The notes under the pieces were generated by a model, which saw only the letters and a program-made list of their open reading frames with translations, had not been told where the DNA came from and searched no databases. A DNA stretch of 64,000 nt from Pseudomonas sp. GTDB taxonomy: Bacteria > Pseudomonadota > Gammaproteobacteria > Pseudomonadales > Pseudomonadaceae. Location: assembly GCA_032067765.1 (NCBI GenBank), contig DAMBIX010000001.1, positions 536,592-600,591 of the forward strand, written 5' to 3'. Below are positions 1 through 8,031 of this stretch, piece after piece. Both the position numbers and the translations under genes were made by a program. The first letter of the stretch is position 1. The number at the start of each line of letters is the position of its first letter.

Positions 1-1
1 G

Positions 2-499
2 GAACGAGGCCAATTCGGCGCAGCGCAAACCGACGCCACGGCGTCGCTGGTGATTCTCTATGCACTTGGCCTTCCAGCGATGGGGCTGGCGCTATTGTGG
101 GGACGCGCCCTCCTCTCCCAGCATCAATCGCGGTTATTTCTGGTGATTACGCTGGTCAGCTCTGCCTTCACGATCAGCCTCGACGCGCTGCTTTACCGCC
201 CATACGGCGCAGAGGGGCTGGCATTTGCATTCTCCAGCGGCGCGGCACTGCAGGCGGTGTTCATGGGCCTGTACGTCTATCGCGCGTCGCCAACAGGTCT
301 GGCTCCGAGCGTTCTCCTGCGCTGGATCACCACAGCCGCTGCAATCGCCACCGCGCTGCATTGGTTACCGGCGCCGCACGGGCTGCTGCAGTTGTGCCTG
401 TATATCGTGCTGGTGCTCTGCGCCTTTGCGGCAGGCGTGGTGGTGCTCGGCGAACGGGACCTGTTCAAGCCGACCTATTGGTCGATGAAGAAGGCCTGA
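2..499 (+). CDS. C-terminal part of a MurJ/MviN-like (MOP superfamily) flippase-type membrane protein; the 5' end lies outside the window
   Basis: The frame is open from nt 2 (ERGQFGAAQTDATASLVILYALGLPAMG...). The tail is hydrophobic and multi-helical, resembling the C-terminal region of MurJ-family proteins. The ORF-track start at 50 is an internal GTG. Confidence 0.5.
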   Translation, partial: ERGQFGAAQTDATASLVILYALGLPAMGLALLWGRALLSQHQSRLFLVITLVSSAFTISLDALLYRPYGAEGLAFAFSSGAALQAVFMGLYVYRASPTGLAPSVLLRWITTAAAIATALHWLPAPHGLLQLCLYIVLVLCAFAAGVVVLGERDLFKPTYWSMKKA

Positions 500-569
500 C
501 GGTACGACAGTGAGCCGTTTACGCTACAACGGCTCCAGCTTGTATGGATCGGTTGCGTGGCGAATCTTT

Positions 570-606
570 GTCTACAAACACAGTCCATGCTATGTTTGCG
601 TCTACA
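570..606 (+). promoter_or_regulatory. Candidate operator: two direct GTCTACA repeats 30 bp apart upstream of the antitoxin gene
   Basis: TTTGTCTACAAACA at 567-580 and TTTGCGTCTACAGACA at 595-610. They lie 25-60 nt upstream of the ATG at 631. TA modules are usually autoregulated by the antitoxin. Confidence 0.3.
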
Positions 607-630
607 GACAAAAGACGGGGCGGACCAGCC

Positions 631-1035
631 ATGACAGCAATTGCCCAAGCACAAGCGTTTACGAAAGATCAATGCGCAACGGGGCTAAGGGCTGCGGTGA
701 ATATCCTCGAGAAGTGGCAGGCGACTACCGACCAAGCCTGCAACATCCTACGGATCTCGCGCAGCACTCACGTACGAGCCAAATTGGGTGACGCTACCTG
801 GTCGGTTAGCCTCGACCCGGATCAGTTGCAACGCGTCAGTTTCGTGCTCAACATCCACGCCGCCCTTCGGCTGGTGTTTGATAATCCGGAAAACGTATAC
901 GGGTTCCCGGCCATGGCCAACCACAACGAGTTCTTCAACGGACGCTCTCCGCTGGAGATCATGGCCCAGGGAGACATGATCTCCTTGTACGAATCGTTTC
1001 GGCGCATCGATAGCCTACGAGGCGCTCAGTGGTAG
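631..1035 (+). CDS. Xre/MbcA/ParS-type antitoxin (DUF2384 toxin-binding domain) of a RES toxin
   Basis: The C-terminal motif ...FPAMANHNEFFNGRSPLEIMAQGDMISLYESFRRIDSLRG is typical of DUF2384 antitoxins. The gene overlaps the downstream RES gene by 7 nt. I chose the ATG at 631 (GACGGGG 8 nt upstream) rather than the ORF-track start at 544. Confidence 0.8.
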   Translation: MTAIAQAQAFTKDQCATGLRAAVNILEKWQATTDQACNILRISRSTHVRAKLGDATWSVSLDPDQLQRVSFVLNIHAALRLVFDNPENVYGFPAMANHNEFFNGRSPLEIMAQGDMISLYESFRRIDSLRGAQW

Positions 1036-1721
1036 TTCCGAGCCAGTTGCCAGAGCGGGCCAGCGCCCAATTGCAGGCCTATCGCCTGGTCAATTCGAAG
1101 TTTCCACCTATTGCCCTGTTCGATGACGTGGCAGACGCCGACGAGTTCGAAACGCTGTATCAATTGCAAACCTTGACCAACCCGAGACTGCGCAACGAGG
1201 CCGGACGTCTTGAGCTGATACCACGCTCGGAAATCCCCTTTGGTATTCCAGGTTGCTCATACGCCACAGGCCCATTTACCCATGTGAATCCTGCGGGGTC
1301 GCGGTTCAGCGACGGTAGCTTTGGCGTGCTCTACCTGGCCAGCACGATGGATACGGCGCTTGCAGAAGTTCAACACCACCAGGACCGGTACTGGTCGAAC
1401 GTCGACGGCCTGAGCTATGACCGATTCGTTTTCAGAGGCTTGTCGTGCCGATTCAACGAAGCCGGAGTGCTCGATGCGACATCCATCCCGATGACCGACC
1501 CCATCTACGATCCTGACGATTATTCGCATGGCCGTCGCCTCGGACGGCTAGTGAAAGAAGCCGGGTGCCCAGGCTTGCGCTATCGCTCGGTACGCAAAGC
1601 AGGCCAGGATTGCTGGGCTCTCATGAGTCCCAAGCCGGTCGTGTCCGCCGTCCAGACCGCTCATTACGAGATGATCTGGAACGGCCGAATTTCCAGCGTC
1701 AGTGCCGTCAGCGCGATCTGA
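1029..1721 (+). CDS. RES-domain toxin (NAD+-degrading MbcT/ParT/Res family)
   Basis: 230 aa with a RES-domain core (GSRFSDGSFGVLYLASTMDTALAEV...). The GTG start overlaps the antitoxin stop (GTGGTAG), the classic TA operon layout. Confidence 0.85.
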   Translation: MVVPSQLPERASAQLQAYRLVNSKFPPIALFDDVADADEFETLYQLQTLTNPRLRNEAGRLELIPRSEIPFGIPGCSYATGPFTHVNPAGSRFSDGSFGVLYLASTMDTALAEVQHHQDRYWSNVDGLSYDRFVFRGLSCRFNEAGVLDATSIPMTDPIYDPDDYSHGRRLGRLVKEAGCPGLRYRSVRKAGQDCWALMSPKPVVSAVQTAHYEMIWNGRISSVSAVSAI

Positions 1722-1766
1722 ATGCCACCCCACGGTGTTTCGCCGGGCTCAGAGCGGTAGCACCAC

Positions 1767-2159
1767 TCACTCTTCAAAGCGACCCGTGGCGTCACGATCG
1801 CGTTCGTATCGCCGCGTGAGCGGAAACGGCGGTAACCAGGACTCGCGACGGACGGTCCAGCTTTCATAGGTTGGCATCAGTTGGTCAGGAGCATCCAGGG
1901 ATCCAAGGTTCACTTCAACTTCGTCTGCGGTCCGTGCGAAAACGGACGAGCCGCAGCGGGGGCAGAAAAACCGCCCGGCGTAGTCGCGCGTTTCGCCATC
2001 GATCGTCACGGCATCCTGAGGGAAAATCGCGGAAGCGTAAAAAAGGGATCCGTGATGCTTGCGGCAGTCGAGACAGTGACAAAGGCCGACCCGGTATGGG
2101 AGTCCCGACGCCACAATTCGGACATTGCCGCAAAGGCAACCGCCTGTGAATCGGTCCAT
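1767..2159 (-). CDS. GFA-family (glutathione-dependent formaldehyde-activating / CENP-V-like) zinc protein
   Basis: Cys pattern GGCLCGNV...CHCLDCRKHHG...CPRCGS is typical of the GFA family. The RBS is AGAGGAG, 7 nt upstream of the ATG. Confidence 0.85.
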   Translation of the reverse strand: MDRFTGGCLCGNVRIVASGLPYRVGLCHCLDCRKHHGSLFYASAIFPQDAVTIDGETRDYAGRFFCPRCGSSVFARTADEVEVNLGSLDAPDQLMPTYESWTVRRESWLPPFPLTRRYERDRDATGRFEE

Positions 2160-2702
2160 GCTGCGTCTCCTCTAAAGTCAGAAGTCGAAATATTTGCAAC
2201 GAACCTCGTCAAGCATCGTGAAAGATGCGACAGCGTTTTTTGACTTTAGGCTGACAGCGCCGATAAAAATAACCTCGACTGCGCGCGCCGCATGCTTGAG
2301 CAATATCTCAAGCTACAAAGGCGGCACCAAGATGCTCTACCGGAGCTATTGCGCGACGCTGCAACGCTTGAGGATGCCGTTGCTGGTTACCTTATAACGT
2401 GCCCGGGTGACTTCGCGGCGACCATTATCGGTGGCTGCGAAAATAGCAGCGAAAGAGCTGTTAACGGATCAGAAGACGTCAGGAGGAGGTTTCCTGCTCG
2501 AAGCGATTAGTTGTTGCCTTTGTGGCGTCGCGGCAATTGGCGAAACCGACGATATGGGCGCCCGTACCTATGAACGAGACCGGGACGTCGCAGCCACCCG
2601 CCGGGCACGGTGGAGCAGATAGAGGCCTACTTAGCGGTCACGGCTACGATCCGCACAGGCACGATACTTACGCCGTCCACCGTACGTTGTGCCCAGATAC
2701 GC

Positions 2703-2727
2703 GAAAGCCCCGAATTACGGGGCTTTC
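2703..2727. terminator. 10-bp GC-rich hairpin immediately 3' of tRNA-Leu
   Basis: GAAAGCCCCG-aatta-CGGGGCTTTC. The U-tract is weak on both strands, so this could be either a terminator or a processing hairpin. Confidence 0.45.
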
Positions 2728-2738
2728 AGCGTTTCAGA

Positions 2739-2823
2739 TGGTGCGGACGGAGAGACTCGAACTCTCACACCTTGCGGCGCCAGAACCTAAATCTGGTGTG
2801 TCTACCAATTTCACCACGTCCGC
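2739..2823 (-). tRNA. tRNA-Leu (anticodon TAG), 85 nt with a long variable arm and encoded CCA
   Basis: Folded by hand from the reverse complement: acceptor GCGGACG/CGTCCGC, anticodon stem CCAGA/TCTGG, loop TTTAGGT, T-loop TTCGAGT. Confidence 0.9.
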
Positions 2824-2838
2824 AGATTTTCAAACGAA

Positions 2839-2861
2839 AACGCCAGGCATTGCCTGGCGTT
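2839..2861 (-). terminator. Terminator-like perfect hairpin in the His-Leu tRNA spacer
   Basis: AACGCCAGGCA-t-TGCCTGGCGTT. On the minus (transcribed) strand it is followed by TTTTCGTTTG. Confidence 0.4.
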
Positions 2862-2869
2862 TCGGAATA

Positions 2870-2946
2870 TGGGGTGGACGATGGGGTTCGAACCCACGAC
2901 CGCAGGAGCCACAATCCTGTGCTCTACCAACTGAGCTACGCCCACC
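2870..2946 (-). tRNA. tRNA-His (anticodon GTG), 77 nt including G-1
   Basis: Reverse complement is G-GTGGGCG...CAGGA-TTGTGGC-TCCTG...TTCGAAC...CGTCCAC-C-CCA. The extra 5' G is characteristic of tRNA-His. Confidence 0.9.
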
Positions 2947-2976
2947 ATATTGCCTTGCTTGTGCCAGAGCCCGAAA

Positions 2977-3053
2977 TGGCGCACCCGGCAGGACTCGAAC
3001 CTGCGACCATCCGCTTAGAAGGCGGATGCTCTATCCAGCTGAGCTACGGGCGC
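2977..3053 (-). tRNA. tRNA-Arg (anticodon TCT), 77 nt
   Basis: Reverse complement is GCGCCCG-TA-GCTCAGCTGGATAGAGC-A-TCCGC-CTTCTAA-GCGGA...TTCGAGT...CGGGTGC-G-CCA. Confidence 0.9.
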
Positions 3054-3325
3054 TTTTATCTGCAATCCTATCTGAGCGCAGACTTCAAGCTCCAGCCAGT
3101 GAAGGCCTTGACCTTCAAAAGCCGTCTTACCCAGCAGCAAGCTGTGCTCGACAAGCGGGGCGAATCTTAATGGCCCACCAACATGCCGTCAACAGCAAAA
3201 CCGAAAAAATTTCAGTCTGGTAAAGGAGTTACAGGAATCGACCGCCGCATTGCCTTTGCCGGACGGTGTCACCGTGCGAGAATGCGCCTCCTTTTTCAAT
3301 CCTTCTCGATGGTTAATCAAGCGTC

Positions 3326-4180
3326 ATGACCGCAAAACTGATCGACGGCAAAAAGATCGCTGCCAATATTCGCCAACAGATTGCCGGCAGGGTAGCTGAG
3401 CGTTCTCAGCAAGGCCTCAGGGTACCGGGGTTGGCGGTGATCCTCGTGGGTACGGACCCGGCCTCTCAAGTCTATGTGGCACACAAGCGCAAGGACTGCG
3501 AAGAAGTCGGATTCAAGTCCACCGCCCATGATCTTCCGGCGACAACCAGCCAGACGGAACTGCTGACACTTATCGATCAGCTCAATGACGATCCGCTCAT
3601 CGACGGCATCCTGGTGCAGCTGCCCTTGCCCAAGCACTTGGACGCGTCGCAGTTGCTTGAACGCATTCGCCCAGACAAGGACGTTGATGGCTTCCATCCC
3701 TACAATATAGGCCGTCTCGCGCAGCGCATGCCCCTGCTCCGCCCTTGCACGCCGAAAGGCATCATGGCGCTGCTCGAAAGCACCGGCGTTGGCCTGCACG
3801 GGCTCAACGCCGTAGTGGTCGGGGCGTCAAATATCGTCGGTCGCCCTATGGCTCTGGAGTTACTGCTTGCAGGCTGCACGACAACCGTCACCCACCGCTT
3901 CACCAATGATCTGGCCGACCACGTCAAGCGCGCCGACCTGATCGTGGTCGCGACGGGGATTACCGGCCTGGTAAAAGGCGAATGGATCAAGGAAGGCGCC
4001 ATTGTCATCGATGTCGGTATCAACAGGCAGGCTGACGGCAAGCTGGTTGGCGATGTCGAATTCGAGCTGGCATCGCAGCGTGCCAGTTGGATTACACCGG
4101 TGCCTGGCGGTGTTGGCCCGATGACCCGCGCCTGCCTGTTGGAAAATACGTTGCATGCGACGGAGCATCTGCACGACTGA
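3326..4180 (+). CDS. folD: Bifunctional methylenetetrahydrofolate dehydrogenase/cyclohydrolase
   Basis: 284 aa; [19 protein letters not shown]...[18 protein letters not shown] is full-length FolD-like. Confidence 0.95.
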   Translation: MTAKLIDGKKIAANIRQQIAGRVAERSQQGLRVPGLAVILVGTDPASQVYVAHKRKDCEEVGFKSTAHDLPATTSQTELLTLIDQLNDDPLIDGILVQLPLPKHLDASQLLERIRPDKDVDGFHPYNIGRLAQRMPLLRPCTPKGIMALLESTGVGLHGLNAVVVGASNIVGRPMALELLLAGCTTTVTHRFTNDLADHVKRADLIVVATGITGLVKGEWIKEGAIVIDVGINRQADGKLVGDVEFELASQRASWITPVPGGVGPMTRACLLENTLHATEHLHD

Positions 4181-4225
4181 CCTGAGCATGGCGGCGCCTG
4201 ACACTCGGCGCGCGCCCTGACGCAA

Positions 4226-4259
4226 ATAAAAACGGCACCCCCAGGTGCCGTTTTTTTTT
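4226..4259. terminator. Bidirectional rho-independent terminator between convergent folD and the ABC operon
   Basis: AATAAAAA-ACGGCACC-cccA-GGTGCCGT-TTTTTTTT, with an A-tract on one side and a T-tract on the other. Confidence 0.8.
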
Positions 4260-4288
4260 ACTGCTACTTTCAAGAACCCATCAGCTGT

Positions 4289-6028
4289 TCAGCGCTCCTG
4301 TTGCCAGGATTTGATCAGCTCGTCATAACTCACGGTCTGGCCTTGAGGCTTTTCGTTCTCCAGCTTAGGTTTCGGCGAGCCCGGCTGGTTCAGCCAGTAT
4401 TCAGGATCACGTGGCTCGTTGAGCTTCGGCCCACACTTCGGCTGCACATTGGCCCGCTCCAGCCGCGCCATCATGGTGTCCTGTGCTTCGGCAAGGCCAT
4501 CCAGGGCTTCCTGAGGGGTCTTGTCACCGCTGGCCGCTTCGGCGATGTATTGCCACCAGAGCTGCGCCAGGCGCGGATAATCCGGCACGTTGGTGCCGGT
4601 CGGCGTCCATTGCACCCGCGCCGGGCTCCGGTAGAACTCAACCAGCCCACCCAGTTTCGGTGCCGCTTCGGTCATGGCGTCGGAATTGACATCGGATTCA
4701 CGGATCGGAGTCAGACCGACCAGGGTCTTCTTCAGTGACACGGTTTTCGACACGGTGAACTGCGCGTAGAGCCATGCAGCCAGACGACGCTTCTCAGGCG
4801 TAGAGTCAAGGAAGGTCCAGGCACCGGCGTCCTGATAACCGAGCTTCATACCCTCTTCCCAGTAAGGCCCTTTCGGCGACGGCGCCATCCGCCACTTCGG
4901 CGTGCCATCCTCGTTGACGACCGGAAGTCCCGGCTTGGTCATATCGGCAGTGAATGCGGTGTACCAGAAAATCTGCTGCGCGACGTTGCCTTGTGCCGGT
5001 ACCGGTCCGGACTCGGAGAACGTCATGCCCTGCGCTTCCCGCGGCGCGTACTCACGCATCCAGTCGACATACTTCTGCGTCGCATAGACCGCGGCAGGCC
5101 CGTTGGTGGCGCCACCACGGGCAACGCTCGAGCCGACCGGATGACAGTCCTCGACGCGGATGCCCCACTCGTCGACGGGAAGTCCGTTCGGCAATCCCTT
5201 GTCCCCGGCTCCCGCCATGGAAAACCAGGCATCGGTGAAACGCCAGCCAAGCGACGGGTCTTTCTTGCCATAATCCATGTGGCCGTAGACGCGCTGGCCG
5301 TCGATCTCCTTGACGTGTTTGCTGAAGAACTCGGCAATGTCTTCATAGGCGGACCAGTTCACCGGCACGCCGAGCTCATACCCGTAGCGCTCCTTGAACT
5401 GCCGTTTCAGATCGTCCCGCTCGAACCAGTCGGCACGGAACCAGTAAAGGTTGGCGAATTGCTGAACGGGCAACTGGTAAATCTTGCCATCGGGCCCGGT
5501 GGTGAAGGAAATACCGATGAAGTCGTCCAGGTCCAGCGTTGGTAGCGTGTAATCCTTGGCTTCGCCTTCGATCATGTCGCTGATGGCGACCGCCTTGCCA
5601 TAGCGGAAATGCGTGCCGATCAGATCGGAGTCGTTGATGTAGCCGTCGTAGATGTTCTTGCCCGACTGCATCTGCGTCTGCAGTTTCTCGACAACATCGC
5701 CTTCCTGCATCAAGTCGTGTCGCAGGCGGATGCCGGTGATTTCACTGAACGCCTTCGCCAGCGTCTTCGACTCATACTCATGGGTGGTGATGGTCTCCGA
5801 CGCGACGTTGATCTCCATTCCGCGGAAAGGCTCGGCGGCCTTGATGAACCAGCGCAACTCCTCCATCTGCTGTTCAGGCGAAAGGGTCGAGGGGTTGAAT
5901 TCCGACTCGACCCATTTCTTCGCCGCGTCTTCATAGGCATCGGCCCATGCCGTTCCTGCAATGCCGGACAACGTCAGCAGGGCCGTGAGCGCCATGCCAT
6001 GTCGGGTGTTGTTTTTATTCTCGAACAT
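4289..6028 (-). CDS. ABC transporter periplasmic substrate-binding protein (family 1, large ~580-aa type)
   Basis: Signal peptide (...LTALLTLSGIAGTAWA) and an SBP-like sequence. It is the last gene of the six-gene operon. Start set at ATG 6028 with AGGAGG 5 nt upstream; the ORF-track GTG at 6034 overlaps that SD. Confidence 0.85.
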   Translation of the reverse strand: MFENKNNTRHGMALTALLTLSGIAGTAWADAYEDAAKKWVESEFNPSTLSPEQQMEELRWFIKAAEPFRGMEINVASETITTHEYESKTLAKAFSEITGIRLRHDLMQEGDVVEKLQTQMQSGKNIYDGYINDSDLIGTHFRYGKAVAISDMIEGEAKDYTLPTLDLDDFIGISFTTGPDGKIYQLPVQQFANLYWFRADWFERDDLKRQFKERYGYELGVPVNWSAYEDIAEFFSKHVKEIDGQRVYGHMDYGKKDPSLGWRFTDAWFSMAGAGDKGLPNGLPVDEWGIRVEDCHPVGSSVARGGATNGPAAVYATQKYVDWMREYAPREAQGMTFSESGPVPAQGNVAQQIFWYTAFTADMTKPGLPVVNEDGTPKWRMAPSPKGPYWEEGMKLGYQDAGAWTFLDSTPEKRRLAAWLYAQFTVSKTVSLKKTLVGLTPIRESDVNSDAMTEAAPKLGGLVEFYRSPARVQWTPTGTNVPDYPRLAQLWWQYIAEAASGDKTPQEALDGLAEAQDTMMARLERANVQPKCGPKLNEPRDPEYWLNQPGSPKPKLENEKPQGQTVSYDELIKSWQQER

Positions 6029-6070
6029 AAACACCTCCTTTGGGTTTTTCGGAGGGATGAACCGCGAGGC

Positions 6071-6343
6071 TCAACCCCAGCGCATCACTGCAAACAACCA
6101 GACGAGAGACAGCGCGGACGCTATCCAGATGTTCCAATCGGTCAGCCCTATCAGCACAAGATGCCAGTAAGCACTGCCCAGAAGTCCAATGAACAATCGA
6201 TCGCCACGCGTAGTGACGATGGGAAGGAAGCCTTTACGCGGCACGCATGGTCGCCTCAGCTCCCAGGCGCTCATGAGCACCAGCATCAGGCCGATCGCTG
6301 CGAAGAACACCGCCGTTGGAAGGGTCCAGGCCATCCAGTTCAT
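6071..6343 (-). CDS. Small integral membrane protein, DUF2160 family, accessory component of this ABC operon type
   Basis: 90 aa and hydrophobic (MNWMAWTLPTAVFFAAIGLMLVLMSAWELRRP...). AGGAGG RBS. Sits between the permease and SBP genes. Confidence 0.8.
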   Translation of the reverse strand: MNWMAWTLPTAVFFAAIGLMLVLMSAWELRRPCVPRKGFLPIVTTRGDRLFIGLLGSAYWHLVLIGLTDWNIWIASALSLVWLFAVMRWG

Positions 6344-6353
6344 CTACTGCCTC

Positions 6354-7154
6354 CTATACCCGACCGAGGGCGAAGCCCTTGGCCACGTGACTGCGCACGA
6401 ACCAGATCACCAGCATGCCGGGCAGGATGGTTAGCACGCCGGCAGCGGCGAGCACCCCCCAGTCGATGCCGGAAGCAGAGACCGTCCGCGTCATCACCGA
6501 GACGATGGGTTTGGCGTCCACCGAGGTCAGCGTGCGCGCCAGCAACAGCTCGACCCAGGAAAACATGAAGCAGAAGAAGGCCGTCACGCCAATACCCGAG
6601 CCAATCAGCGGGATGAAAATTTTCACGAAGAATTTGGGAAAGCTGTAGCCGTCGATGTACGCCGTCTCGTCGATCTCCTTGGGCACGCCGGACATAAAGC
6701 CTTCGAGAATCCATACCGCCAGGGGTACGTTGAACAGGCAGTGCGCCAGGGCCACCGCGATATGCGTGTCGAACAGCCCGATGGATGAATAGAGCTGAAA
6801 GAACGGCAGCAGAAACACCGCCGGCGGTGCCATGCGATTGGTCAGCAGCCAGAAGAACAGATGCTTGTCACCGAGAAAGCGAAAGCGGGAAAAGGCATAG
6901 GCTGCAGGCAACGCCACGGTAAGCGAAATGACCGTGTTCAGGCAGACGTAATACAGCGAATTGATATAGCCGCTGTACCAGCTGCGGTCGGTGAAGATCA
7001 CTCGGTAGTTGTCGAGCGTGAAGCCCCGAGGCCAAAGGGTGAGCCCGCCGAGAATCTCGGTGTTGCTCTTGAATGACATATTGACCAGCCAGTAGATCGG
7101 CACCATCAAAAAGGCGATATAGAGGACCAGTACCACTCGCTTGCGCAGGTTCAT
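6354..7154 (-). CDS. Carbohydrate-type ABC transporter permease (MalG-like)
   Basis: Multi-TM protein with an EAA-like loop (DETAYIDGYSFPKFF). Start chosen at ATG 7154 (GAGGG 7 nt upstream) rather than 7184. Confidence 0.85.
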   Translation of the reverse strand: MNLRKRVVLVLYIAFLMVPIYWLVNMSFKSNTEILGGLTLWPRGFTLDNYRVIFTDRSWYSGYINSLYYVCLNTVISLTVALPAAYAFSRFRFLGDKHLFFWLLTNRMAPPAVFLLPFFQLYSSIGLFDTHIAVALAHCLFNVPLAVWILEGFMSGVPKEIDETAYIDGYSFPKFFVKIFIPLIGSGIGVTAFFCFMFSWVELLLARTLTSVDAKPIVSVMTRTVSASGIDWGVLAAAGVLTILPGMLVIWFVRSHVAKGFALGRV

Positions 7155-7167
7155 CGGCGGGCCCTCG

Positions 7168-8031
7168 TCATTTCTGGTCGCCATGGGTCATGGCTGTGTA
7201 GAACAGCCAGGACACCAGCAGGATGATCAGGAAATAGATCAGCGAGAACGCTGCCGCCGGGCCGAGGTCGAACTGCCCCACCGCCATCTTGGTCAGCGTC
7301 TGGCTAAGAAAGGTGGTGGCATTGCCCGGCCCGCCGCCGGTAAGCACGAAGGGCTCGGTGTAAATCATGAAGCTGTCCATGAAGCGCAGCATCACGGCGA
7401 TCAACAGAACGCTTTTGAGCTTGGGCAACTGGATGTAGCGGAACACCGCCCAGGCCGACGCCCTGTCGATACGCGCGGCCTGGTAATAGGCATCCGGAAT
7501 GGCCCGCAAGCCCGAATAGCACAGCAGCGCGACCAGCGAGGTCCAATGCCAGACATCCATGACCAGCACCGTTACCCAGGCATCGCGAGTGTTGGATGCA
7601 TAGTTGTAGTCGATGCCCAGCTCGCGGAGGCTGTAACCCAGCAGGCCGATATCCGCGCGTCCGAAGATCTGCCAGATCGTCCCGACCACGTTCCATGGAA
7701 TCAGCAGCGGAATCGCCATCACGATCAGGCACAGCGAAGCCCAGCGGCCGCGGGTCGGCATGGTCAGCGCAACCGCGATGCCTAAGGGGATCTCGATCAA
7801 CAGCACGCAGCCGGAGAATATGAACTGCCGCAGCAGTGAGTCATGCAGGCGAGGATCGTGGAGGATCTGTCGATACCAGTCCGCGCCGACGAAGAACCGC
7901 GTCGAGGAATCGAAGATGTCCTGAACCGAGTAATTCACCACGGTCATCATCGGCAGAATCGCACTGAAGGCGACCAACAGAAACACCGGCAACACCAGCC
8001 ACCAGGCGCGGTTATCCTGAATCTTAGTCAT
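7168..8031 (-). CDS. Carbohydrate-type ABC transporter permease (MalF-like)
   Basis: Multi-TM protein containing AARIDRASAWAVFRYIQLP (EAA motif). The ATG at 8031 overlaps the upstream stop as ATGA. Confidence 0.85.
   Translation of the reverse strand: MTKIQDNRAWWLVLPVFLLVAFSAILPMMTVVNYSVQDIFDSSTRFFVGADWYRQILHDPRLHDSLLRQFIFSGCVLLIEIPLGIAVALTMPTRGRWASLCLIVMAIPLLIPWNVVGTIWQIFGRADIGLLGYSLRELGIDYNYASNTRDAWVTVLVMDVWHWTSLVALLCYSGLRAIPDAYYQAARIDRASAWAVFRYIQLPKLKSVLLIAVMLRFMDSFMIYTEPFVLTGGGPGNATTFLSQTLTKMAVGQFDLGPAAAFSLIYFLIILLVSWLFYTAMTHGDQK

Noticed and set aside
2522-3223. 233-aa and 186-aa ORFs (2522-3223 and 2610-3170)
   Set aside because: They run straight through three well-folding tRNA genes on the opposite strand, so they are not coding.
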